Positions 51,891 to 61,203 of a stretch of 64,000 nt of DNA are shown here, piece by piece. A program made the position numbers and the translations under genes. Location of the stretch: the NCBI GenBank assembly GCA_965215195.1, contig CBDCDC010000002.1:4224001-4288000 (forward strand), written 5' to 3'. The DNA comes from Candidatus Latescibacterota bacterium. Its GTDB lineage: Bacteria > Latescibacterota > UBA2968 > UBA8231. The notes under the pieces were generated by a model. It had not been told where the DNA came from. It did not search any database and worked only from the letters and a program-made list of their open reading frames with translations. Within the stretch, counting starts at the first letter, position 1, and each line of letters opens with the position of its first letter.

Positions 51891-52303
51891 TGAGCGAGAA
51901 AAAGACATTCGTACAATGCGCCGACGTAGAGACCCAAGTCTTTGACTGGGGCCGGCTGAACTGGCTTTCCGAGCCGCTGGTGACCGCGGCCGAGCACTTT
52001 AGCTGCGGCGTGGTGGAGCTGGCGCCGGGCAAGGGCCACGTGCGCCACAACCACCCGTATAGCGAGGAGATTCTCTACGTGCTAGAGGGCACCGGGATCC
52101 AGACGGTGGAACTGGAGTCGGGCATGCTAAAAAAGGAGATCGGCCCGGGGGAGCTGGTACACATTCCGACGGCCGTGTATCACTCAACGGTCAATAATGG
52201 AGACAGCCCAATGAAGTTGATCGCCATATACGCGCCGTTTGGGCCGGAGGCCGAGCTGCGGAAGATGGAGGGGGTGCGGATAGAAAAGGCTCTCAACGGA
52301 TAG
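51890..52303 (+). CDS. Cupin domain protein
   Basis: 'GH.RHNHP.SEEILYVLEG', 'IP..VYHST.N'. Confidence 0.88.
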   Translation: MSEKKTFVQCADVETQVFDWGRLNWLSEPLVTAAEHFSCGVVELAPGKGHVRHNHPYSEEILYVLEGTGIQTVELESGMLKKEIGPGELVHIPTAVYHSTVNNGDSPMKLIAIYAPFGPEAELRKMEGVRIEKALNG

Positions 52304-52309
52304 GCGGCC

Positions 52310-53137
52310 ATGGCTTTTACAAGAGAACAGGTACTCGCGCGGTTGCGGAAGAACATCGCCGCTGGGATTCCCATTATCGGCGCGGGCGCCGGCACCGGGA
52401 TCAGCGCAAAGTTCGAGGAAGCCGGCGGGGTTGACTTGATTGTGATTTACAATTCCGGGCGTTTTCGCATGGCGGGCCGGGGGTCGCTGGCCGGGACCAT
52501 GCCCTATGGGGACGCCAATGCGATTGTGATGGATATGGCCGGGGAGGTGTTGACGGTGGTGGAGGATACGCCGGTGCTGGCCGGCGTGTGCGGGACGGAC
52601 CCGTTCCGGCAGATGGATGTTTTCTTGCGCGAGGTTGCGGCCATTGGGTTTTCCGGCGTGCAGAATTTTCCGACCGTGGGCCTGATTGACGGGTTGTATC
52701 GGCAGAACTTGGAGGAGACCGGAATGGGCTATGGGGTGGAGGTGGAGATGATCCGCACGGCGCACGAGATGGGGTTGTTGACGACGCCTTATGCGTTTAA
52801 TCCCGCAGAGGGCGAGCTTATGGCCGCGGCCGGTGCCGACATTGTGGTGGCGCATACTGGGCTTACCACCAAGGGCGCGATTGGCGCGACGACCGCCCTG
52901 ACGTTGGAGGAATCGGTGGGGGTTGTGCAGGCGATATGCGACGCAGCGCGGGGGGTGTCCGAAGAGGTGATTGTGCTGTGCCACGGAGGGCCGATTTCAG
53001 AGCCGGAGGACGCCGAGTACGTGTTGCAAAATGCGACGGGCGTCAATGGCTTCTACGGCGCGTCGAGCATGGAGCGGTTGCCGGTGGAGGTGGCCATTAC
53101 CGAGCACGTAAAGAAGTACAAGGCCATCCGCTTTTGA
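52310..53137 (+). CDS. Phosphoenolpyruvate hydrolase-like TIM-barrel protein
   Basis: '[11 protein letters not shown]', '[10 protein letters not shown]', '[13 protein letters not shown]', 'LCHGGPI', '[12 protein letters not shown]'. Confidence 0.9.
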   Translation: MAFTREQVLARLRKNIAAGIPIIGAGAGTGISAKFEEAGGVDLIVIYNSGRFRMAGRGSLAGTMPYGDANAIVMDMAGEVLTVVEDTPVLAGVCGTDPFRQMDVFLREVAAIGFSGVQNFPTVGLIDGLYRQNLEETGMGYGVEVEMIRTAHEMGLLTTPYAFNPAEGELMAAAGADIVVAHTGLTTKGAIGATTALTLEESVGVVQAICDAARGVSEEVIVLCHGGPISEPEDAEYVLQNATGVNGFYGASSMERLPVEVAITEHVKKYKAIRF

Positions 53138-53703
53138 GCGCGCTGCGCCCCTTGCGCAAGGTTGAGGTGAGGCGGCTCTTTGCGGGCGCGGCGCAGCGCT
53201 ATCCGCCCAAGGCCGAGCTATCCTTTCTGTTGCAGAGCGTGGAAGACCCGCTCAATGTCGGCGCGATCTTTCGCATTGCCGATGCGTGCGGGGCGCGGGA
53301 ATTGGTTTTTACGGGCGCGACGCCCGCGCCGCCGCACGAGGATATTGAGCGCACGGCGCGGGGCCACGAGCGGCGGGTGCCTTGGCGGCGGATCGGGCGC
53401 ATGGACGAAGCGGCCAAGGCCCTGCGGGACGAGGGGTATCACTTGGTGGCGTTGGAAATGGTGCAAGGGGCCGCGTGCTATTTGGAATACGATTTCCCGG
53501 ACAAAGTGTGCTTGGTGCTCGGCAACGAGACCAAAGGCGTCTATCGCCAGACCTTGGCGCTGTGCGATGGCGCGGTCTATATCCCCATGTACGGCAAGGG
53601 GCCGTCGATGAATGTTCACGTGGCCGGTGCGCTGGTGGCGTACCAAGCGTTGCTGGGGAAAGGCAATATCCTTCAGGTTTGCCGGAGTCGCCATGCGGAT
53701 TGA
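53134..53703 (+). CDS. TrmH/SpoU family RNA methyltransferase
   Basis: TTG overlapping upstream stop; 'NVGAIFR.ADA', 'LVLGNE..GV', 'IPMYG...SMNV.VA'. Confidence 0.88.
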   Translation: MSALRPLRKVEVRRLFAGAAQRYPPKAELSFLLQSVEDPLNVGAIFRIADACGARELVFTGATPAPPHEDIERTARGHERRVPWRRIGRMDEAAKALRDEGYHLVALEMVQGAACYLEYDFPDKVCLVLGNETKGVYRQTLALCDGAVYIPMYGKGPSMNVHVAGALVAYQALLGKGNILQVCRSRHAD

Positions 53704-53777
53704 CCCCAGTGCCATAGATGCACACCCTCGACGGCCGATTTTTACGCCGCCTTGGATTCACAGGAGCGTACCGCACT

Positions 53778-54695
53778 ATGAATGAACCAGTCGTCTATCT
53801 CAACGATGGCTTCGTCCCCGCTTCCGAGGCCCATCTCAAAATTTACGATTTGGGGATTGTACTGGGGGCCACCCTGACCGAAATGACCCGCACGTTCAGA
53901 CGCGAGCCGTTCCGCTTGGAGGAGCACGTGCGGCGGCTCTTGCGGTCGTGTAAATACGCCGGTATTGAGCTGGCCTTGGACCACGAGGAGTTGGTCGAAT
54001 GTACGCGGACCTTGATCCAGACCAATAGCAAGCTGATCGGTCCCGAGCAGGATTTGGGCGTCGTCCACTTTGTAACGCCCGGGGAAAACCAAATTTACGC
54101 TGGCAGTGCCGGGAAACCGGCGCGCCTGACGCCCACGTTGTGCATCCACTCCTTCCCGCTGCCCTTTGCCGTGTGGCGCTCCTATTTTGAGCAGGGCGTC
54201 CACGCGGTCACGCCCTCCATCCGCCACGTGCCGCCCCAATGCGTTGATCCCAAGACCAAAAACCGCTCGCGCTTGCACTATTGGCTGGCCGACAAGCAAT
54301 CGCAGGCGGTTGATCCCGCTGCTACCTCGCTGCTGCTCGATTTGGACGGCAATCTCACCGAGTGCTCGGGGGCCAACTTTGTGGTGGTGGAGAACGATGC
54401 GATCTTTACGCCCACTAGTCGCAACATACTGGAAGGGGTGAGTTTGGTGACGCTGCGGGAATTGGCACCCGAGTTGGGGCTGAGGTGGGTCGAAAAGGAG
54501 TTGCAGCCCTACGACGCGGTCAATGCCGACGAGGCTTGGTTGACCAGTACGCCCTATTGTCTAGCGCCGTGTACGCGCATCAACAACGCGCCGATTGGCG
54601 ACGGGAGACCCGGCCCCCTGTTCCATCGGGTGATGGAGGCGTGGAGTCGGCGGGTGGGGATGGACATTCTGGCACAGCTTAAAAACGCGGATTGA
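53778..54695 (+). CDS. Class IV aminotransferase (branched-chain/D-amino acid family)
   Basis: 'FRLEEHVRRL.RS', 'DPKTK', 'ECSGANF', 'ILEGVS', 'DEAWLTST', 'IGDGRPGP'. Confidence 0.88.
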   Translation: MNEPVVYLNDGFVPASEAHLKIYDLGIVLGATLTEMTRTFRREPFRLEEHVRRLLRSCKYAGIELALDHEELVECTRTLIQTNSKLIGPEQDLGVVHFVTPGENQIYAGSAGKPARLTPTLCIHSFPLPFAVWRSYFEQGVHAVTPSIRHVPPQCVDPKTKNRSRLHYWLADKQSQAVDPAATSLLLDLDGNLTECSGANFVVVENDAIFTPTSRNILEGVSLVTLRELAPELGLRWVEKELQPYDAVNADEAWLTSTPYCLAPCTRINNAPIGDGRPGPLFHRVMEAWSRRVGMDILAQLKNAD

Positions 54696-55969
54696 TCATG
54701 CTCGACAAAACCCAACTCATGTCATCGATCCAAGCGGGTGAAGACGCCAAGCTCGAACTCAAGGAGGTCGTATTTCGGGGAGACCGGATTGGGTTTGCCA
54801 GAGAAGGGGGTCGCGCCGCGTCGAAACTCGCCGAGGTATTCGTCAGCATGGCCAATACGGAAGGAGGCACGGTCGTGATGGGCGTCCGCGACTCGGATCG
54901 CATCCCGGTTGGTATCCCCCCGGACAAGCGCGACCTCTTAGAGCAATTTATCGTCAATGTGGCGGCCCACAACTGCAATCCGCTGATCGTCCCGGCGTTG
55001 GATTGGGAATACTTGCCCGGAGAAGGTGAGCGCCCCACACTGTGCTTAATCGTTGAAATCCCCCCGTCCAAGTTCGACGTACACCAGACGAGCGATGGGC
55101 GATTCCTCCAGCGCGTCAGCAGCCACCGCCAGTTGATCCCGGCCGAACGACTGGCCCGCATGTTGACGGAACGTCGCTTGGCTAGTCCGCTTGAGGAACG
55201 ACCCATGGTCGGCAGCAGTCTCGACGATTTGGACAAAACCCGACTTGAACAGTACTTCCGTCGGCGCTTCCCGGACTGGTCCACGCCAGAAGACTGGGCT
55301 CCTACGCTGGCGGCGCACAAGCTGGCGGCGATCTTGGATGTGGGCGCAATTCCGACGCACTTGGGCATCCTGCTCTTTGCCGAGCAGCCCGAGCAGTACA
55401 TTTCCGGCGCGTACATCGATCTGGCCGTGTACCACCACGACATTCCCGACGGCAACACCGTGGATAGCCGACAAATCACCGGGCCTTTACCCGAGCAAAT
55501 CGCCAAGGTCGTGTCGTATTTCCAAGCCTCTCCTTTGACGCCGATCCTATCGCGGAAAAGCGGCGATGGTCGGCGAGATTATCCCAGCTATATAGACGCC
55601 GCACTCCAAGAGGCCGTCGTAAACGCCGTCATTCATCGGGACTACGGAATCGCCGGATCGCAGATCATCATTCGCATGTTCCCCGACCGCATTGAGTTCC
55701 AAAATCCCGGGACACTCTACAATACGTTGACCATTGAAAACTTGTACGCTGGGTGTCAGCCGGTGCGCCGGAATCAGTTTCTCACTGGCTTCATGCGCTA
55801 CTACGAAAGCCCGGTTACGGGATCTAGTTTTCTGGAAGCGCGGGGTGAGGGGTTTTTGAATTTGGTCCGCGACAGCCTGCGCCTGTCTGGGCGACGACCG
55901 CAACTGGAACAGATCGGGGAGGCGACGAAGTTGACGATCTACGCGGCGCAATACCCGGAATTGGCATAG
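54692..55969 (+). CDS. AlbA_2 (Schlafen-like) + HATPase_c_4 ATP-binding protein
   Basis: 'GED..LELKE', 'MANTEGG..VMGV.D', 'EAVVNAVIHRDY', 'DRIEFQNPG'. Confidence 0.85.
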   Translation: MIMLDKTQLMSSIQAGEDAKLELKEVVFRGDRIGFAREGGRAASKLAEVFVSMANTEGGTVVMGVRDSDRIPVGIPPDKRDLLEQFIVNVAAHNCNPLIVPALDWEYLPGEGERPTLCLIVEIPPSKFDVHQTSDGRFLQRVSSHRQLIPAERLARMLTERRLASPLEERPMVGSSLDDLDKTRLEQYFRRRFPDWSTPEDWAPTLAAHKLAAILDVGAIPTHLGILLFAEQPEQYISGAYIDLAVYHHDIPDGNTVDSRQITGPLPEQIAKVVSYFQASPLTPILSRKSGDGRRDYPSYIDAALQEAVVNAVIHRDYGIAGSQIIIRMFPDRIEFQNPGTLYNTLTIENLYAGCQPVRRNQFLTGFMRYYESPVTGSSFLEARGEGFLNLVRDSLRLSGRRPQLEQIGEATKLTIYAAQYPELA

Positions 55970-56051
55970 GGGTTTGGTGCTTGAAGGATAAAACTGTGCC
56001 CAAAGCTGCGATGTCTTGGGTAAAATTTGCGTTCTATCCCATCTAAATTGT

Positions 56052-56258
56052 ATGAATGGAAGGGAATTCATCAGGCGTGCCAGACGCTATGCTAGAAAGA
56101 CCAGAAAGGGCTTCCGCTTCGATCCGCGTCATGGCAAAGGCAGCCATGGGACGCTCCATGTGGGAAACCGTCGCACTACCGTTCCGTATAAAGAGATTGG
56201 CGCGGGCCTGCTAGCTGCTATGCTAAAAGACTTGAACATTGACCAAAAGGATTTCTAA
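56052..56258 (+). CDS. hicA: HicA-family toxin
   Basis: Small basic protein 'GKGSHG.L....RTTVP..EI..GLL..ML'. Confidence 0.85.
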   Translation: MNGREFIRRARRYARKTRKGFRFDPRHGKGSHGTLHVGNRRTTVPYKEIGAGLLAAMLKDLNIDQKDF

Positions 56259-56261
56259 TTC

Positions 56262-56690
56262 ATGCGCTATATCTATCCGTGCATCCTCACGCCAGAGGAA
56301 GAAGGCGGTTTCTTCGCGTCCTTCCCCGACGTTCCTGGTGCCTTGACCTGTGGTGATGACCGCGTCGAGACGCTTGAACTGGCCGAAGACGCTCTCGTCG
56401 CCATGCTCTCTGTGTACGTCCAAGAGCAACAGGACATCCCAACGCCAAGTCCCGCTACCGATGGTCGGGAACTCGTCGCCGTGCCTCCTGTTGCCGCAGC
56501 CAAGTTGGCTCTCTATACGGCCCTGCGCACACAGGGCATCACTTGGGCGGCGCTCGCTGACCGCTTGGATCTGAGCGAGTCTGCTGTCCATAAGTTGCTC
56601 AACCCAGACCACTACTCCCATATCAGTCAGGTCGTGAAAGCCCTCCGGGCTGTCGGGCGCAACTTGGTAATAGAAGACCGAGCGGCCTAG
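56262..56690 (+). CDS. hicB: HicB-family antitoxin with C-terminal HTH
   Basis: 'YP..L..EEGGFFASFPDVPGALT.G', 'AAKLALY', HTH 'LADRL..SE..V.KLL'. Confidence 0.88.
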   Translation: MRYIYPCILTPEEEGGFFASFPDVPGALTCGDDRVETLELAEDALVAMLSVYVQEQQDIPTPSPATDGRELVAVPPVAAAKLALYTALRTQGITWAALADRLDLSESAVHKLLNPDHYSHISQVVKALRAVGRNLVIEDRAA

Positions 56691-56736
56691 ACCCAACGGT
56701 CCGCCGGCCCTGTTTTTCGCAGAACGACTAAACCTG

Positions 56737-57579
56737 TCACCCCTTCATTCCCGTCATCACCAGCCCGCGCTCGAAGTAGCGCTGCCCCATAAAAAAGACC
56801 AGCAGAATGGGCACGGTCGCGGCTACGGAAGCGGCCATGAGCAGATGCCACTGTGTGCCGTACATGCCGGCAAAGGCATTCAGTCCCAGCGCCAGTGTGC
56901 GCTTCTCATTGCTGTGCAGGTATATGAGCGGCCCCATAAAGTCGTTCCAGATACTGAGAAAGCTGAGAATGGCCAGCGTCGCCAGCGTTGGCTTGGCCAG
57001 TGGCATGGCAATCGACAGGCAGATGCGCAAATTCGAGCACCCGTCTATGCGTGCGGCGTCGATCAAGTCCAGCGGCAGGGTCTTAAAAAACTGGCGCAAA
57101 AAGAATATCTGGAAGGCGTTGCCCGTACAGGCCGGCACCAAAAAGGGGAGAAATGTATCTACCCAGCCCAGCTTCTGGAAGAGTACAAACGTAGGGATCA
57201 TGGTCACCGCGGCCGGCAGCATCATGGTCGATAGCACGGCGACGAACAGCACGTCGCGGCCAAAAAAATTCAGCCGGGCAAAGGCATAGGCCACAACGGA
57301 AGAAGTAAAAAGACTCGCCCCGGTGCCAAAAACCGCGAGGATCGCGCTGTTGAGGAAATAGCGCCCGAAGGGCAACGTCGGCTGAGTGAAGATCTCCACG
57401 AAGTTGGTCAGGCGCAGCATGGAGGGCAGGAGGCGGGAAAAGACCTCGTCCGGCGTCTTGACCGAGGTAATGAGCATCCAGGCAAAAGGCACCAGAAACC
57501 AAAACGCCAGAAAGGACAGCGCGGCGTAGAGGACGAGTTGGCGTCGCAGCGACAGGGCGTCTTGCGAATCACCGCTCAT
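56737..57579 (-). CDS. Carbohydrate ABC transporter permease
   Basis: 'LRQFF.TLP.DLIDAARIDG', 'WNDFMGPLIY'. Confidence 0.93.
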   Translation of the reverse strand: MSGDSQDALSLRRQLVLYAALSFLAFWFLVPFAWMLITSVKTPDEVFSRLLPSMLRLTNFVEIFTQPTLPFGRYFLNSAILAVFGTGASLFTSSVVAYAFARLNFFGRDVLFVAVLSTMMLPAAVTMIPTFVLFQKLGWVDTFLPFLVPACTGNAFQIFFLRQFFKTLPLDLIDAARIDGCSNLRICLSIAMPLAKPTLATLAILSFLSIWNDFMGPLIYLHSNEKRTLALGLNAFAGMYGTQWHLLMAASVAATVPILLVFFMGQRYFERGLVMTGMKG

Positions 57580-58475
57580 TGGTAGTGAACCCACTTCTTG
57601 CCCATGGCCAACTGGATCAGGGAGACGATCAGGGTGAGGATAAAGAGGACCAAGGCCATGGCGCAGGCATAGCCCATCTCGAAGCGCTCGAAGGCCGTTT
57701 GAAAGAGATACAGGACGTAGAACAGGGTCGCGTGCGCCGGCCCGCCTTGGGTCATGACATAGGCTTGGTTAAAGATCTGTAGTGAGGCAATCACCCCGAC
57801 CATCGTCAAGAAAAAAATCGTCGGGGTCAGCAGCGGCACGGTGACGTATCTAAAGCGCTTCCACGGCCCGGCCCCGTCCAGTTCTGCCGCTTCGATCAAC
57901 TCGCGCGGGATATTCTGTAGGCCAGCCAGAAAGATCATCATCGATCCGCCCAATCCCCATATACTCATAAAGATCATGCCCGGCATGGCCCCTGTCCGCG
58001 ATGAGAGCCACTGGGGCCGGCCCATACCGATCCACTCCAACACCGCCATCAACCCGGTCCAGTCGAGGAACAGGTTGATCAAGCCAAAATTGGGATCGAA
58101 GAGCCATTTCCACAGCAGCAGCATCGCGATGCCCGCCACGACATTGGGCAGAAAAAAAGCCGTGCGAAAAAAATTGACGCCGCGCAGGCGGTGATTGACC
58201 AGCATGGCCAGTCCCAGCGCTAGCACGAGTCCCAGCGGCACGGCAAAAACCGCGTAGTAGATCGTATTAAACACTGATTTGTAAAAAAGCGGGTCGTGCG
58301 CCAGCTTCTGAAAATTGGCCCATCCCACGTACTCCGGCTCGGTAAAGAGGTTCCAGCGCGTAAACGCCAGACCAAAGCTGGCCAGTATCGGCCCGAGGGC
58401 AAAGAGCACCATGCCCAAAATCCACGGCGATATGAAGAGATACCCTTCTAGGTGTTCTCGCAGGTTTAGCTTCAT
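57576..58475 (-). CDS. Carbohydrate ABC transporter permease
   Basis: 'FLAGLQNIP.ELIEAAELDGA', 'TQGGP'; start MKLNL. Confidence 0.93.
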   Translation of the reverse strand: MKLNLREHLEGYLFISPWILGMVLFALGPILASFGLAFTRWNLFTEPEYVGWANFQKLAHDPLFYKSVFNTIYYAVFAVPLGLVLALGLAMLVNHRLRGVNFFRTAFFLPNVVAGIAMLLLWKWLFDPNFGLINLFLDWTGLMAVLEWIGMGRPQWLSSRTGAMPGMIFMSIWGLGGSMMIFLAGLQNIPRELIEAAELDGAGPWKRFRYVTVPLLTPTIFFLTMVGVIASLQIFNQAYVMTQGGPAHATLFYVLYLFQTAFERFEMGYACAMALVLFILTLIVSLIQLAMGKKWVHYQ

Positions 58476-59830
58476 CCATTTGCCTCGGTCTTGTGCAGGG
58501 CCATGTTGTCGCGAATGGCTTGGTTGATTTTTCTGGCGGCATCTGCTAGGGCCTCGGGCACGCTCTTTTCGCCCAGCAGGACCAGTTCCCACTCTGGGTT
58601 AAACAGCAGATTGTATTCGGCGGGATTGATATAGGGGCTGCGGTGAAATAACTCGGTGCGCTCAGCGGCCTTGAGAAAAGTCTGGGTAATTTCCGCATTT
58701 AGATTGGGATTTTCCACGAAAACAGGGCTGTACGCGGTTGCCCGGCGGCCGGGGATATTCCAGCCGATCTCGGCAATGGCCTCCTGACCTTGGGGGCCGA
58801 CCAGATATTCCATAAAGCGCCACGCCTCTTGCGGGTGTTTGGTGTGGGCGTATATGCCATAACCGACCATGCCGCCGGACAGATAGATATCTACTTTGTG
58901 GCGCGGCGGCGTCGCGACTCCCCACGCAAAGCTCTTGATGGTTTTGCGGAACTGGGGCACGAACCACTGGCCGTAAAAACACATGGCCACGCGCCCGGTC
59001 TCGAACATCACGTTTACCGGACTCTGCGCCTGCTCGGCGTAGCCCGGTGCCACGTGCCAGCGGGTAGAAAGATCGGCGGCAAACTGCAGTGCCTCGATCA
59101 CTTGCGGGCTTTCGAGCAACACGCGCGTCCGATCTTCGGAGAAGATGCGCCCGCCCGACTGCCAGATCCACTGCTCTGGATTGGCGTTGTTGTACACGCC
59201 AAACTGTACGATGCGCCCCTGCTCGTCGCGCTTGGTCAAGCGCCGGGCAATTTCTACGAACTCTGCGCGCGTCCAACTGCCGTCTGGGTAGGGAATACCG
59301 GCCTCGTCAAACAGGTTCTTGTTGTAGAAAATCAAAAAGTCCGGCGACCAGTCTTTGCACAGCCCGTAGATCGGCCCTTGGCCAAAGCGCTTGCCGTCCC
59401 AGCGGTACGGCTCAACCGTTTGCGGAAAAAAGTCCTCAACGCCAACGACCTCGCTCTTTGCCAGATAAGGCTCTAAGTCGAGGAGCACTCCTTTGGACAA
59501 CATGCTGCCCAAATTGCTCGGTGCCACGTAAAAGATGTCGGGCGAGCGTCCCCCGGCCATCATGGTCAGCAGCACGGTATTGAAATTCTGCTGGATGTGG
59601 ATGAACTTGACCTTTATATCTGGGTTGCCAGCTTCAAAATCGGCCATGAGCTGATTGAGCATGGCCACTTCCTGCGTATTGCCCCAGCCAGCGAGGACGA
59701 TCTCGGTGCGCCCGCTCTCCTTTTGTGCGGGCGTGTCGAGCCCCAGTAGCAGGGAACGCGCCGTGGGTACGCTGAGCAGGCCGACAACGCCGAGGATACA
59801 GAGGCTATAGAACAGAGTAGAGCGGTCCAT
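58472..59830 (-). CDS. Sugar ABC transporter substrate-binding protein
   Basis: 'FEA.NPDIKV', 'FYNKNLFDEAG', 'FETGRVAM', 'EAWRFM.YL'. Confidence 0.92.
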   Translation of the reverse strand: MDRSTLFYSLCILGVVGLLSVPTARSLLLGLDTPAQKESGRTEIVLAGWGNTQEVAMLNQLMADFEAGNPDIKVKFIHIQQNFNTVLLTMMAGGRSPDIFYVAPSNLGSMLSKGVLLDLEPYLAKSEVVGVEDFFPQTVEPYRWDGKRFGQGPIYGLCKDWSPDFLIFYNKNLFDEAGIPYPDGSWTRAEFVEIARRLTKRDEQGRIVQFGVYNNANPEQWIWQSGGRIFSEDRTRVLLESPQVIEALQFAADLSTRWHVAPGYAEQAQSPVNVMFETGRVAMCFYGQWFVPQFRKTIKSFAWGVATPPRHKVDIYLSGGMVGYGIYAHTKHPQEAWRFMEYLVGPQGQEAIAEIGWNIPGRRATAYSPVFVENPNLNAEITQTFLKAAERTELFHRSPYINPAEYNLLFNPEWELVLLGEKSVPEALADAARKINQAIRDNMALHKTEANG

Positions 59831-59836
59831 AGCTCA

Positions 59837-60748
59837 TCATTGCTCCGGCAATAGCGGAAACGACTCGATATCCCCCGCAATGGTCTCCAGCAGGGTGGCG
59901 ATCTCTCGCTTGTCGCCCTCGTCCAGCGCTAGCTTGCCGGCCGGTGCCCGTTCCACCAGCGTGCTGAACACCCCGCGGCGCTTGAGGATATAGCGCATAA
60001 AGGGGTGGTTCTCGAGAAGTATCAACGGCAACAGGCGGCGGTGCATGGCGCGCGCCTCCTCCTCCTGCCCGGCCCACCACAGCTCGGTGATCTTGGCCAG
60101 CACATCGGCCAGCTCGCAGGCGGGCATATTGCCATTGGCGCCGCGGCGCATCTCGTCGGGCAAAAACTTGCCCGCCGCCCCGCCGAAGATGCACTTGACC
60201 CGGTCGCCGACCATCTCGGCCACCTCGGCGATGTGCTTAGGGCCGGGCTGCCGCTCCTCCTTGACGTATTCGACCTGCGGGATCTCGTCGATTAGTTGCG
60301 CCACCTGCTCGCCGCGCAACGGCGCGTACATATCGGCATTCTGCACCATGATCGGCCCGTCAAACACTCCAGCCAACCGCCGGTACATGTCCATGGCCGT
60401 GGCGGCGTCGGTGCGCGCCGGCGTCATGGCGATAATCGAATCTGCCGCGGCTTTTTGCGCCGCCCGCGCATAGAGCAGCACCTGCGGCAGCGAGAGCCCA
60501 GAACAGCCAAAGACCACGGGCAGGCGGCCGTTGACCTCCTCCAGCACCGCGTCCAGCCCCCGGATCCGCTCCTCCTCGCCCAAAAACCAGAACTCCCCAA
60601 CCATCACCGGCCAGACGATGCCGTGCTGGCCGCTCTCGCAGCAGAAATTGGCCACCTTCTTCAGGTCGTCGATGTGGATCTCGAGGTCGTCCCTGTACGG
60701 CGTTGGCAGCAGGCCGAAGACCCCCTTCATGTCGTCAAATCGCGCCAT
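59837..60748 (-). CDS. DHDPS/N-acetylneuraminate lyase superfamily protein
   Basis: 'LPTPY', 'GEF..L..EER', 'IMVQN', 'YVKEE' Schiff-base lysine. Confidence 0.85.
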   Translation of the reverse strand: MARFDDMKGVFGLLPTPYRDDLEIHIDDLKKVANFCCESGQHGIVWPVMVGEFWFLGEEERIRGLDAVLEEVNGRLPVVFGCSGLSLPQVLLYARAAQKAAADSIIAMTPARTDAATAMDMYRRLAGVFDGPIMVQNADMYAPLRGEQVAQLIDEIPQVEYVKEERQPGPKHIAEVAEMVGDRVKCIFGGAAGKFLPDEMRRGANGNMPACELADVLAKITELWWAGQEEEARAMHRRLLPLILLENHPFMRYILKRRGVFSTLVERAPAGKLALDEGDKREIATLLETIAGDIESFPLLPEQ

Positions 60749-60777
60749 GGTTCATCCTTTCCCGTAATTACTGGTAG

Positions 60778-61044
60778 CTACTCAACGGCCATTATATAGG
60801 GTTCGATTTGCTTTAGGCGCTGCTGATCAATGCCCTTTACGTTGAGCAAGCCCTTTACATTGGAATAGGGGCGGCCCTCGATTATCCTCTGAGCCGTTGC
60901 CGGCCCTATCCCGGGCAGCGTTTCTAGCTGTGTGCGCGAGGCCGTATTGATATCGATGCGCTTTGCCTCGAGTTGAGACAGCGTCGCACAGCTAATCCAT
61001 ATCAGGGCCATGAGTACATAGCCCACAAAATTCCAGCGTTTCAC
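60778..61044 (-). CDS. ComEA-like helix-hairpin-helix protein
   Basis: GGAGG + GTG start; signal peptide; 'IDINTAS..QLETLPGIGPATAQRII..RPY'. Confidence 0.85.
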   Translation of the reverse strand: MKRWNFVGYVLMALIWISCATLSQLEAKRIDINTASRTQLETLPGIGPATAQRIIEGRPYSNVKGLLNVKGIDQQRLKQIEPYIMAVE

Positions 61045-61104
61045 AAGCACCTCCAGTGCGGCAATTTCCATAGTTTTTTCGGCTTTTGGACGGTAGGGAA
61101 CGGA

Positions 61105-61203
61105 TCGGTCACATCGACATACCGGCGCAGCGCGGGCCGCTGCGACTTCTGTTCACCGCGCCCCATCCACATAAGTGCAGCGGCCGCAACGCGCCCAGTT
61201 CAC
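61105..61203 (-). pseudogene. Possible 5' remnant of a CRTAC1/ASPIC-type lipoprotein gene
   Basis: GTGA-coupled to TPR gene; after a 1-nt shift reads 'VAAAALMWMG..EQKSQRPALRRYVDVT', resembling signal peptide + FxDVT start, then breaks off. Confidence 0.35.
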
